DNA of 63,760 nt, counting the filler, from Octopus bimaculoides (lineage: Eukaryota), in the NCBI RefSeq assembly GCF_001194135.2. It is 5 parts of 5 records of this genome, joined end to end, with 100 filler letters (N's around TTAATTAATTAA, not from the genome) between each part and the next. Parts side by side here need not be neighbours in the genome. Positions count along the whole stretch, not along the records: positions 1 to 18,751 come from NC_068982.1; 4 more parts are not named here. One strand, written 5' to 3'. The notes below the pieces were generated by a model that saw nothing but the letters and a program-made list of their open reading frames with translations, ran no database searches and was not told the DNA's origin. Position 1 is the stretch's first letter. Each line of letters begins with the position of its first letter. Position numbers and translations under genes: made by a program. Below, in pieces: positions 1-12,060 of the stretch.

Positions 1-243
1 CTATCATAGTAGGGGCCTTAGGTATAATAAAAAAATATTCAGACAAATACATAACAAAAACACCAGGACTTACAAATATATATAACATACAGAAAATTGC
101 ACTACTGGGCACTGCACACATCCTACGCAAAACACTTTCAATACAGTAACCATAAGAGCATCACAGCAAACCACAGCACATACCCAAGGCACACAGAGCT
201 GCGCTCGGTAGTGAAGTGAAAGCACGTTATAAAAATAAAACTA

Positions 244-305
<62 letters not shown>
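1..305 (+). mobile_element. 3' end of an R4/Dong-like (RLE-type) non-LTR retrotransposon with 3' UTR and (AAT)n tail
   Basis: 3-149 translates IIVGALGIIKKYSDKYITKTPGLTNIYNIQKIALLGTAHILRKTLSIQ*, the typical RLE C-terminus. A ~100-bp UTR and (AAT)n at 248-305 follow. Confidence 0.75.
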
Positions 306-307
<2 letters not shown>

Positions 308-379
308 GTTTCAAATTTTGCCACAAGGGCGGCCATTTCTGTGGGAGGGGACAAGTAGATTATATAATAATAAGTACCT

Positions 380-567
380 AACAGCTGGGCTACGGAAAAT
401 GAAGAAGGTAAAGCTAGTGCCAATTATTGTTGGGTCTTTGGGGACAGCATCAGAAGGCATCAAGTGGAATATAAAGAAATCGGAATAGAGTGGCCAGTAG
501 AATTGTTACAAAAGCTTTGTCTCCTTGGCACGGCCGGAATAATTAGGAAACAGATACCCTAGGCTGC
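380..567 (+). mobile_element. Second, frameshifted R4/Dong-like RLE C-terminal fragment
   Basis: KVKLVPIIVGSLGTASEGIK, a frameshift, then IGIEWPVELLQKLCLLGTAGIIRK...*. Confidence 0.7.
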
Positions 568-646
568 ATGCATCAAGCCAAATGTGCATGCAAGACTCCA
601 ACAGTTCAAACTAAACCTGAGTTTAAAAAAAAAATAATAATGATAA

Positions 647-857
647 TCCTTTCTACTAAAAACACAAGGCCTGAAATTGAAAGGATGGGACTAGTCGATT
701 GCATCCGCCCCAGTGTTTCACTGGGGCTTAATTTATCGACCCTGAAAGCAGGAAAAGCAAAGTTGACCTCAGCAGAATTTGAACTCTGAACGTAAGGATG
801 GACGAAAAGCCGGGAAGCATTTTGCTCGGCCTGCTAACTTCTACCAGCTCGCCGCCT
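647..857 (-). mobile_element. tRNA-derived SINE, family A
   Basis: Head ggcggcgagctgg, B-box-like gttcaaatt, central gtcgataaattaag block; more than a dozen related copies in the window. Confidence 0.8.
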
Positions 858-1804
858 AAATAACAGTGAAGATAATGGTAATAATAATAAAATAATAATA
901 ATGATGATGATAATGATGATAATGATTACAATAATGAATGAATTACTTGTGTATTGATGATTATCGCTTCGAATTTAAATTCCAATTTATCTTAGATGTA
1001 GATAATGTTTATGCTGGAAGGAAACCGAGATGTCACATTCATACCCTTTTACAGTATGTTAACGGCGTACGAGGTATATTTGCAGTATTCGACCCAGAGC
1101 GTTAAGTTACATAAGTACAACACCTTAAATCTTTTGTTTCAGATTTTTATAGTTTCTACCGTTGACTGCCTCAAAATTATATTGGAAGAAATAATAAAAT
1201 CAATAATTTTTGCAATAATTGAAATATTGCACTAGAAAAAGTTTTCGAAGAATGCGTCTATATTTTTAAAATATTATTAAATAATCATAAATATGAAAAA
1301 TTTCAGGACCAATTACAGAAATTTATTTACAAAGTTTCCAAATTATTTTGGATTAGTAAAACAAACAAAAGAAGAAACCACGATAAATGAATATAAAATA
1401 ATTGTTACTAGTAGCCACTTCATTTGCTTCACTAAATTTTCACAATACTTCATAGTTTCAGAGGAAAAGAAAAACGGAAACAAACAAAAAAAACAACGAA
1501 AAATGCTAAAACAAAGGGGAAAACATGTTGAATATCAAGTGTAATACTTAGTTTCGAGACAGTTTAGTTAGTATATTAGCTGCTGATTTTGTCTTCACAG
1601 AATATATAATACTTGTGTTGAAGATTGTCAATTAGTGAGTGATATTTTCCACAATTTGGAGGGGGTTTTTTCTGTGAAAAGAAATGGCAATTTCCTGCAT
1701 TGATGGAAGGAAATTACCACTAAACTCATATAGTTAATATTGCGTCGTTTCTATGACGTTGGTATGGTTTTCTTTTTGTATAGGATCATGCAGAGTGAGG
1801 AATT

Positions 1805-2507
1805 TTATATAGGATCATCGCTACGTGCTGCAGACCTCTTTACAGACATCGTGACCTGGCCACTTGCGTACTCAACTGTCATGTATTTTGTTGTGGCATT
1901 TCTCTGGTCACCGCTACCAAAATATCTGTTTTTCTGACACATGATCATATTTTTTAAACTCTGCTGGAATTTATTGCTGAAAAAGCAATATATAACTGGA
2001 TTTGTTCCACTATTTGCAAGTCCAAGCCATTGAGCTATCGGGACGATAACTTGATTTAATAGTGTCGTGCTTTGTAAATTCGGTATGAAATAAACGCAGA
2101 GTTGTATGGTGTATATTGGTAACCAAGATAGTCCAAAGAGCAACACAACCACAACAAGCATTTTGACCACCTTGATTTTTGATTTCATAATTACCTGAGA
2201 TTTGTCACACAATCCTGGAGAATCTCTGTTCCACACGCGCAGACCAATTAAGATATAACACAAAATGATTAATAACAGCGGTATAGTATAACAACAAAGG
2301 AAGATAGCTGCAAGGAAAAACGCTTTTCCTGTTTCCGCATCTGGCCAATCAGGGAAGCAAATGAATACATTACTGTGTGGAATTTGCCTATAGAATACAG
2401 CCCACGGTATCATTACAAGAAGTGCAAATATCCAAGTAGATACAATAATAACTCGTGAAACAGTTGTTGATATTTTGAACTGTAAGGTGTAGCATATAGC
2501 TAAGTAT
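1805..2507 (-). CDS. SIFaR: Last coding exon (end of TM3 to stop) of a class A neuropeptide GPCR, SIFamide/NPFF-receptor-like
   Basis: Polypyrimidine tract and acceptor (ttgtctttttcag, AG at 2509-2508). A phase-2 junction completes the DRY-motif Arg, then the frame reads YLAICYTLQFK...WIFALLVMIPW (TM4), ECL2 Cys, TM5, KSKIKVVKMLVVVVLLFGLSWLP (TM6), PIAQWLGLANSGTNPVIY (TM7) to TAA at 1807-1805. The PIAQWLG TM7 string is typical of SIFamide receptors. Family call is from motif recall, not a database search. Confidence 0.88.
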
Positions 2508-2714
2508 CTGAAAAAGACAAGAAAAGTATATTAGTGTAAGTATATAAATAAATATAATATACATATATATACATATATACACACATGCGTACATACGTAC
2601 ATACACACATACACACACATACACACACATACACACACATATAGATATATATATATAAGCGCCTATGTATATATACAAATATAAATATATATGTAAATGC
2701 ACATATGCATGTGC

Positions 2715-2760
<46 letters not shown>

Positions 2761-2766
<6 letters not shown>

Positions 2767-3225
2767 ACATAAATAATATATAATTATATGCATATATCCA
2801 TACATATATGTACATACCTACGTATGTATGCATACATACATGCATATATGGGTACAGGACATCACAAAAAACATTAAATACAATGAGAAACGAAAACAGA
2901 TAAACGAGATATGCAACATAAAGAGTATAACCCTTCGTCAGTTGTCCCTGTTCCATCTACTCCGCGTTTCGTAACTTGGAAACGCGGAGTAGGTGTAACA
3001 GGGATAACTGACGAAGGGTTATACTCTTTATGTTGCATATCTCGTTTTTCTGTTTGTTTTTTTCGTTATTTGAAAAAAGTTCGTTTTCTGTTTTCGTTTC
3101 TCATTGTGTATAACGTTTTTTTTGTGATGTCCTGTACATATATGCATGTATGTATACATATATATGTAGATATGTACATATATGTATGGATATATGCATA
3201 TGTTTATATATTATTTATATTACTA
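2761..3225. repeat. Long inverted repeat formed by two tail-outward copies of a Penelope-like terminal element
   Basis: Left arm 2761-2970 is the reverse complement of right arm 2979-3225 around an 8-nt loop. It includes a perfect 42-bp stretch; the right arm has ~40 extra nt. Confidence 0.9.
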
Positions 3226-3262
3226 TATGATCGAACGCCACGCATCCTTTCCCAGGTAAGTT

Positions 3263-3340
<78 letters not shown>

Positions 3341-3540
3341 ATATATNNNNNNNNNNNNNNNNNNNNNNNNNNNNNNNNNNNNNNNNNNNNNNNNNNNNNN
3401 NNNNNNNNNNNNNNNNNNNNNNNNNNNNNNNNNNNNNNNNNNNNNNNNNNNNNNNNNNNNNNNNNNNNNNNNNNNNNNNNNNNNNNNNNNNNNNNNNNNN
3501 NNNNNNNNNNNNNNNNNNNNNNNNNNNNNNNNNNNNNNNN

Positions 3541-3577
<37 letters not shown>

Positions 3578-3849
3578 GACACAGACGTACCACATTGATT
3601 TCAACTTCTCAAGCGTTAAATTAATAAACAAAAATAATATCTGTTAAAATTTGTTTTCTCCGTGTTGCTCTTTTTGATGTTTATTGACTTTAGGCTACAG
3701 CACACAAGCACGTAGTTTATAAATGTATATATGTGTGTATACGTGTGTATCAGCGTGTATGTGTGGTGTGTGTCTTTGACTATGTATATACTTACATACA
3801 AATCTACTGGCACATTCACGCAGACATATACATATATATTTAATGGTTT

Positions 3850-4560
3850 AGTGAAAACGAACGGGAGGTTCTCAGCCAAGACCTTGGCAGCCATTGACGC
3901 GTCAGATCAATATGATTGATGTTCATGGCGATTTGAAAATTGTCGTCAGTATGAAGTTCATAGAAATGCTGAGAATTTCAAAATGATTGCAGTCGGGGGA
4001 GAATGGGTTGTATATTTAGTGTCGAAGAGTGACCTAAGATGAGACATAGGTGTGACGAGAGAAAGAGAGGTAACGGTGCGGCATGAGAATGTAAAAATAT
4101 TCCAATCTTCTGGTTCATACCAGAGATGGCTAATTGTGTATCAGAGACTGCCCCATGAACACATGTTGCTGCTCTACGTACGTTCTGACAGGATGCTTCT
4201 CATCTAAGAGACTAAAAGTCAATGGAGCCCATAAGCCAACCGCGTGGTTCAGAGAATCGCATGCCAGTTCAAAGGCGAACAAGTACATTGCCGAGACTAA
4301 AGACATTGATTTCCATAATTTATTGAAGCGCGAGAGCACAATAGTGATTGATATGAGAGTGAAGCTTTCTAAAGAAGTCGTAATGTTGAGCAATGGGAAT
4401 GTCGTTGATCCCAAGGTAAGGAAGGTATAGGAGACTGTTACTGCTCACCACACTCTCTATTACATGTAAGAAGCTGAATGCGAGAGTGACACGCTGATAG
4501 TTGTAAGGGTCAGAGTTTCGACTGGAACACATTGCAGCATTCTTCCACATTTTAGATAAT
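3850..4560 (-). mobile_element. Decayed L2/CR1-group LINE, RT C-terminal region and 3' end
   Basis: Broken frames give YLGI..HSHI, W..LTFSLLD, FSPRTAI.WNS-like and NINHIDL motifs in the expected order. Confidence 0.5.
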
Positions 4561-4777
4561 TTATGGTTTGCAAGTGATTGAAACTTTTGGTGAGGGTAAG
4601 AAATGGCGGTGTGGATGCATTATTTGAGTGTAAAAAACAAAACGTGTCAGAGCCAGTTCGTTTGCTGATGTCAGATGACCAGAAGTAGTTCTTGCATGCA
4701 TGTGGTGTGCATGTGCACTCATGAATCTGGTGGAGTGGAAAAGGAAGATTTGAGAGTAGTTTGGCCTAATGTGCATT

Positions 4778-4838
<61 letters not shown>

Positions 4839-5270
4839 CTTATGTATGTATGAATATGTTTGTGTGCGTACGTGCATGTGAAAAATTCGATTTTTACTGA
4901 TATCCTAGTGAGGAATGTTGATGAAATTTGAGAGAATTATATGGAAAAGAAGATTGAGGTGTGTAGATTTACTTGTTAGTAAGAAATGTTAAGATATGTA
5001 TATAGATGTAGGTTGGTCCAAAGTTCATTAGCAATACGAACATACAACTGTCCATCCAGTTAAGATTTTGGTTTTGTTAGTTTGGAAATGTAGACATTCA
5101 CACATTAATTCCTAGACAACATCATGATACAAATGCTTCCTACCCAGCTAAATAGACAAATTGGTCTGGTGATGTTGTTAAGCCACGCCTCGTGATATAT
5201 CTTTCATCACTCCGCTTCCAAAATTGGATATTACAGAATATTCCAGAATTCTACTAGAAAAATAGTGAAC

Positions 5271-5640
5271 TGTCAGAATCATTATCATGCCAGGCGAAAT
5301 GCTTGGCAACATTTCGTCTTTAAATTCTGCCGCACTCGACTTTGTCTTTCATCCTTTCGGAGTCGATAAAATAAGTACCTGTTGAACACTGGGGTCAATG
5401 TAATCGACTTACTCCTTCCCAAAACCTGCTGGCCTTGTGCCAAAATTTGAAAGCAATATTACAATACAGAGTAAGGAGGCGGGCTGACAGAATCGTTAAC
5501 ACGTCGAGCAAAGTGTTTGCGGCATTTCTACCGTCTTTACTTTTTAAATTCAAATTACGCAGAGGTCGACATTGTCTTTTATCTTTTCAGGGACTGTAAA
5601 ATAAGTATCAGTTGATTACTTTCTACCTGCCACCGAACTT
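5271..5640 (+). mobile_element. Two tandem family A SINEs (5271-5460, 5473-5640)
   Basis: Match to the family A head, central block and tail. Confidence 0.75.
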
Positions 5641-5890
5641 GCAGGCCTTTTTACAGAATTCATTATGTGGGAAGAGAAGCACTCAGTGGCAGGTCACCAG
5701 TATGAAGATAACTTTCTCCCTTTTCCCTACGAGTCTTGGAGACCCTCGAAGAGATCATAAATGTTCTTTCACTGATTAAATGACAAATAAAAATAGAACA
5801 CTAGCATGTCGCTTTGCTTCTATGCAGAATCATTTATTCTATGTGATTCAGCTCACCTAACTGTCAAGTAAGGCTACATCTTTCTCTAGA

Positions 5891-6110
5891 AATATTGGTT
5901 CCAAATTTTGGCACAAGGCCAGTCATTTCGCGGATGGCAGCAAGTCGATTATATCTATCTCAGTGTTGCACTGGTACTAACATAATCGTTTCCGGAAGGA
6001 TAAAGGGGCAAAGTCGAGTTTGGTGTTATTCGAACTCAGAACGTAAAACGTACGAAATATAGCCAAGCATTTTGTCCGGAAGGTTAACGATTCTGACAGC
6101 TTGCCACCCT
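5891..6110 (-). mobile_element. Family A SINE
   Basis: Reverse-complement match to family A, including tail ggccttgtgccaaaatttg. Confidence 0.75.
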
Positions 6111-6399
6111 TTTCTCTAGAAATATTACGAACAATCGACTGGAACCATATGCTAAGAACCAGAATATTGTACTCGGGATCTGCTTATCTTTAATCTCTTT
6201 CAATCTGTGAATTTAGATCCGAGCACCAGTTCTGGTAGTGATTGTTTGATACGTTATGTTACATTTTCGGCTGAAAATAGAGAAGATATTGTACTGTGCA
6301 AATATCGGACTCTCAGACAGTCCTATCATTCCTATAGTTGTCCCCTTTATATTTGAGATAACTGCGATCCCGCTAGCTGAATAAAAATTTGAACTTAGG

Positions 6400-7340
6400 A
6401 TAACTTGTTTATTTTCTCATTTGGCTTAGTTTGGAGTGAAGAGCAGTGCCCATAGCATTCGAAGGCCCTGGAAGACCAGAAGGTTCGAATCGGATAATAT
6501 AGCACTTGGCCAAAGAAACAGAGAAGAAGGAATTGCATTGGGGCACATTTCGTGGGAGGAAGGACTGAATGTAGAGGTTAGTGCAAAGTCTGTGATGGGA
6601 GTGAAGGTGACTCAATATGGGTGATGAGAGACGAGGCCATGAAAACAGACGGCGTGTCTATAAGGCAGAGATTGGAATATGATGGCTAAAGAATTCATGC
6701 TAAATATTCAGACGCTCTATAACGTGATAAGGTTAAAATATACGTGTAAACATCAGAACGGTTCCAGATGTGAGAATACTGAAATGTGAGATTTACTCGA
6801 TCCTTGTTAGTAGTTAGTAGTAGGTGAGCTATTTGCTTATGTTGTAAAGGAAATTTATTACTTTTATCCTGCATTTGTTATATTTTGCAATTTGCACTCA
6901 TTATCAGAGATCTTCGTTGAAAGTAACACCTAAAATTTATGGTGAACAAGGGAGTTCTAGTTGCGAGCGGAGCATATTTAAGTGGCGATGGTGGGGGAAT
7001 GATGGAAATAGTTTTAGAGGCGTCTGTTTATTGACTCAGTACAGATATGTGTGTGATGTTTGGGTTCCTTTGGAGATGTCATTTGGATTTGGAACGTTAT
7101 AGAGGTATACAAATTGAATCATAATATACGTAGAGATGACGAATGAGTCGTCGAGGCATAGGGGAGAGAGTGTTGGGAAAAAGGCAACACTGAATCATAC
7201 CAGAGAGGATTGAATGTAGATTAGATAGAACTGTATCACAACAGTGCAATCTACTAACAAACCACTGACCTACCATACATGGGATAGACGAAGTCTAATA
7301 AGATCGTGGCGGAGGATCAGTTTGCCAGCAGATTCTTATG
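6400..7340 (-). mobile_element. Decayed L2/CR1-group LINE (RT core to 3' end)
   Basis: SGMIQCCLFP (SGVPQG-like), ILGVTFNEDL and TNLYIQSFLPRN..CNS motifs in collinear order, with many stops. Confidence 0.55.
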
Positions 7341-9074
7341 ACAGTCCCTGTCAAATGTATTTCTTTTAATCACACGAGGTCTTCGGATGAATAGAGCAAC
7401 GCTTCCCGATATGTTTAAAAGTATAGTTATGATAGCAAACATATTCTGAAGCTAACCGCCATGTTTTGATTAATAAAATGTTTAGAAATAAAATGACTAA
7501 ACGAAAAGCACAAATAGAACGACATAAATAGATAGTATAATTTATAAATTTAATCATGCCATATTAATATATAATATTAATAAATAAATATGAAGAATAA
7601 AGGATATATATGCAAATGAATTAAATTCTATATATTTTGGTTAATGTTTTCTTCCAATTAATCTTAATTATCCAGTCGCCTTTGTAGAGATTTAACAGAT
7701 AAAAAAAGAACACGAGAAATAGAAAAAAATATAATCAATTATCAGCGTTCAAAATTGTTTTTCTCCAGCACCGATCTAGTTAATTTATCGCACAATTATA
7801 TCATTATGTTTACAGGACATTCATTAAATTTTCATTATGCATGCCTACACATAGAAGGTTTATAATTCTATCAATTATCTTCACATAATTGTCATCATCC
7901 CTTACACATACATTCGTGTTGATGAAAATCTCAGCATGTGAGGGCATTTTCAACCAAAGTAAGTTAATCGATTACAGAACATAGATATTTCAACGACAAG
8001 CGAATGATATAGCTGAATTAGCAATGAATCTTTAGCAATTTAAAATATTTCTGTAACAAATGTAGCAGCGCAATTTCAAAATATTTGCACATTATTAATA
8101 GCTTCGGCTCGATCAGAAATGTAGGAATACTTTAAGTAAACCTATTTATGTATCAGGTAATCGCAAGAATAAATCACTGAGATTTGTAAGTTTGACGACG
8201 ATTGTGTCACAGAAAAGTGTGATAACGTACAATAAGCCATGATTTAATTAATTCTGTTTCAAAATATTTTTAGCGTTGCTCCATAGCAATTAGTGTGAAA
8301 TGGGATTGAGTCTATAATCTCTAAAGAGAACTGGCAGATCTAACAACAATGTGTGTGCATGCTTGTGTCTGTACATACATACACACATACATACATACAT
8401 ACATACATACATACATACATACATACATACATTGTATATATGAGAAAGCAAGCATAAAACAAAACATACAAACCTGCACGTATGCATACATATGTGCAAA
8501 AATACATACATGCAAAAAGCATCCTATTGATGTTGTTGAAATTCGAATGAAGGAGCCTTAGATCTAGGTTAGAAACCAGTATTGGCAAGAAATCTTGAAA
8601 TAAAACTGAATGACATACATACATAAATAAGTGTGTATGTGTGTGCGTGTGTGTGTATTTGTGTGTATGTGTTCGTGTGTGTTTAGTTATGTGATAATAT
8701 ATGATATTTTAATTGTAGCTGTTGGGTTTCCTGTGTTGATGTTTGATAACTTCTTTTGTTGATTTCTAGGCAAACACCTCCATCTAACTATCGTCAAAGA
8801 CCACATAAGCAATGTTAAATACATGAAAGTATGGTGGGAATTAATCGTTCCTTAAGTCTGCTTATCTTAGCGGTATCTGCAAGCAATCTGGACGGGAGCT
8901 GCAAGATATGTATTGTTCAACGAACAGAAACTTCGAAAACATTCAGGATAAACAAGACAAGTTTCCTTCAATAACAGAAAAGTTAAATAACTGTACCCTG
9001 TCCACACGTAAATACAATACAACTAAAACTACCAAAGTCACTGTAAATGTTTTTCCTCATATATGGGTCATTGA

Positions 9075-9400
9075 AAGCATATGTCGTGGTTGGTTAGGAT
9101 ATTCGGCTCACGATCGCAAGGTCATGCGTTCGATTTCCGGCAGCGCTTTGTATCCTTGAGCAAGACACTTTATTTCACGTTGCTGCAGTCTACTCAGCTG
9201 GCAAAAATGAGTTGTACCTATAATTCAAAGGGCTAGCTTTGTTACGCATTATGTCACGCGGGATTTCTCTGAGAACTACGTTAATGGTACACATGTCTGT
9301 GGAGTGCTCAGTCACTTACACGTTAATTTTACGAGCCTGCCGTTCCGTTGATAGAACCAGCTGAAATCCTTGCCATCATAACGGACGGAATGTCAGACAG
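9075..9400 (+). mobile_element. tRNA-head SINE family C, tail type 2
   Basis: gttcgatt B-box, ccttgagcaagacactttatttcacgttgct central block, tail shared with 39320-39625 and 18380-18452. Confidence 0.75.
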
Positions 9401-9591
9401 TGAGTGAGGGAATGAGTTAGTGTTGGGACATTGCCAGCCTATGTCCCTAAATCAAGGCTTCCTTATAAACATTAAAGAATATTTTAACTCGACTCAGTGT
9501 TTGATCCTCTTCAAAGGTCAAGATGAAAATTATCATCCTGTCTACTCTTTCCCTGTTAGTATAAAAGATTTTGATTTTGTCTCAGTGTTTA

Positions 9592-9768
9592 AGGCGTTGC
9601 ACTCACGGTCGCGATATCGTGGTTTCAATTCCTAGACCGGGTGATGTGTTGTGCTCTTGAGCAAAACACTTTATCTCACGCTACTCAGCGATCACTTCGT
9701 CGCCTGACGCGTGGTACAACGTGCACCTGTTCAGAAAAAGTCGATTTGATGGAGTGAATGAGCTAATA
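9592..9768 (+). mobile_element. SINE family C, tail type 3
   Basis: Same central block; tail (cctgacgcgtggtacaacgtgcacctg) shared with 15455-15695. Confidence 0.65.
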
Positions 9769-9798
9769 CATGTATGTATGTATGTATGTATGTATGTA

Positions 9799-9835
<37 letters not shown>

Positions 9836-9845
9836 GTGTGTGTGT

Positions 9846-10180
9846 GACCCCCTTCGGTCATGAATGACCATGGGATTGCACTTAGAAAGTTACCATCCGA
9901 GAGGCACAAGTCTGGGCAAGGTTGTTTATGGAAGACCAGCAATCGCCCATGCATACCAGCCTCCCCGCTCCACGCCACCGATGTTATCCAAAGGAAAGGC
10001 AAAGGCTGATATAGCTTGGCACCTGTAACGTCGCAGCTCATTTCTACAGCTCAGTGAAATGGAGCAACGTGAAATAAAGTGTCTTCCTCAAGAACACAAC
10101 ACGCGGCTTGGTCCGGGAATCGAACTCACAACCTCACGATCATAAGCTCGACGCTCTAATCACTGAGCCATGCACCTTCA
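9846..10180 (-). mobile_element. SINE family C, tail type 1
   Basis: Full head to gaccgaagggggtc tail; matches 26980-27330 and 41828-42152. Confidence 0.8.
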
Positions 10181-10286
10181 CACACACATGCACACACACA
10201 CGCACACACACACGCACACACACACACGCACACACACTCACACACACACGCACACACACGCACACACACGCACACACACGCATATA

Positions 10287-11516
10287 TCAGGTTGCGTAAA
10301 AAGTAAGCAACGTTTTGGAATATGAAGAATTTGTGCCGGGTTTTTACACAAATTTGAATTATGTTTTAAACATTTTTGCAGTTTTCTGATAATGCACACA
10401 AAGAATTTTCCCAAATGCATCAATAAATTAACATTGATATGTTTCTTCCCGTTGTTACAATCATCAGAAATAAAACTGTCAAAGTGAGATATTGGAGCAA
10501 TTTTGCTGTTCAACTTTAAAAAAGTACGTAAGGCAGCTGAAGCTCGTCGCGATATCAACGAAACTATTGGTGATAAAATGACTAGTGAGTGATCAGCTCG
10601 AAAATAGTTTAAACGATTTCGCAGTTGAGGCCTGAGACTTGAAGATCGAGGACGTCCATCTGTCATCGATGACGGTCAATTAAAGACCGTCATTGAGAAA
10701 GATCCACGTAAGACCGCTCGAGAACTGACAGAAAATCATAAAATCACGACAAATGGGTACCACAGGATTTGAATAAAAATCAGAAAATGCGCAGATATGA
10801 AATCTGCTCGTCGCTTCTTTTCCGTAACCAGACCAATCCATTTCTCGAGCGTATTGTAACTTACGATGAAAAGTGGATTGTGTACAATAATACAACACGT
10901 TCTTCGTAGTGGTTGGATAAAAATGAAGCCCCAAAAAGCTTTCATAAACCTGAGCTCTTCAAAAGGAAGGTTGTGGTGACGGTTTGGTCGTGCACTGCTG
11001 AACTAATCCACTATAACTTCTTAAAACCCGGAAAAACCTTTACTGCAGAAACATATTGCCATGAAATTGCCAAAATGAACAAAAACTTGCTACTCCTCCG
11101 TCCCAGACTGGGGAACAGAAGAGGGCCAATCATTCTTCATGTCAATGCTTGACGACACATTTCACTAATGACGTTCCAGAGATTGAGGAAAGTCGGCTAC
11201 GAAGTTCTTCCTCACCCAGCTTGTTCCCTAGATCTTTCTCTTACCGACTACCACTTTTTCAAGCACCTTGATAGTTTCCTGTGAGAGAAGGAGTTCAAAA
11301 ATCAAACCGATGCTGAGAATTCGTTCAAAGGGTTCATCAGCTCCAGAACTCCAGATTGTTATGTCACTGGAATAAACAAACTGGCAACTCGTTGGCAAAA
11401 ATGTTTTGATTGCAAAGGTATTTACTTTGATGAATAAAATATTTCCGCATTGTTGAAAAAATATGTTGTGATGTATTTCATGTTTTAAATCGTTGCCTAC
11501 TTTTTACTCAGCCTGA
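10287..11516 (+). mobile_element. Near full-length mariner element with inactivated transposase
   Basis: ~28-bp TIRs (tcaggttgcgtaaaaagtaagcaacg / cgttgcctactttttactcagcctga) and TA TSDs. Motifs WVPQDL, TYDEKW, LHVNA* (catalytic D lost) and CSLDLSLTDY, with several stops and a small deletion. Confidence 0.92.
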
Positions 11517-11869
11517 TATATATATTTATATGTGTATTCAAGTATGTATGTATATATATGCATATATGTATGTGTGTGTGTGTGGAGTGTATATATATGT
11601 ATGTGTGTGTGTGTGAAGTATATATATATATATATATATGTATTGATCGCAATAAGAATGAAGTAACGAATAAACAAAACTGTTTCGTTCGCTTTAAAAT
11701 CGATATACCAAATTTGTTGTAATTGTACATATATGACGTTCGTAAGGAGAGAGCAAGCCAGTAAACTATTTAGCGTTAAAGAAATAAAAAACACACTCAT
11801 TTTCATCAATATGTGACAATTTCTTATCAAATCTGACGCTTAACAAGAGAAAACATTTTTCTATCGATA

Positions 11870-12060
<191 letters not shown>

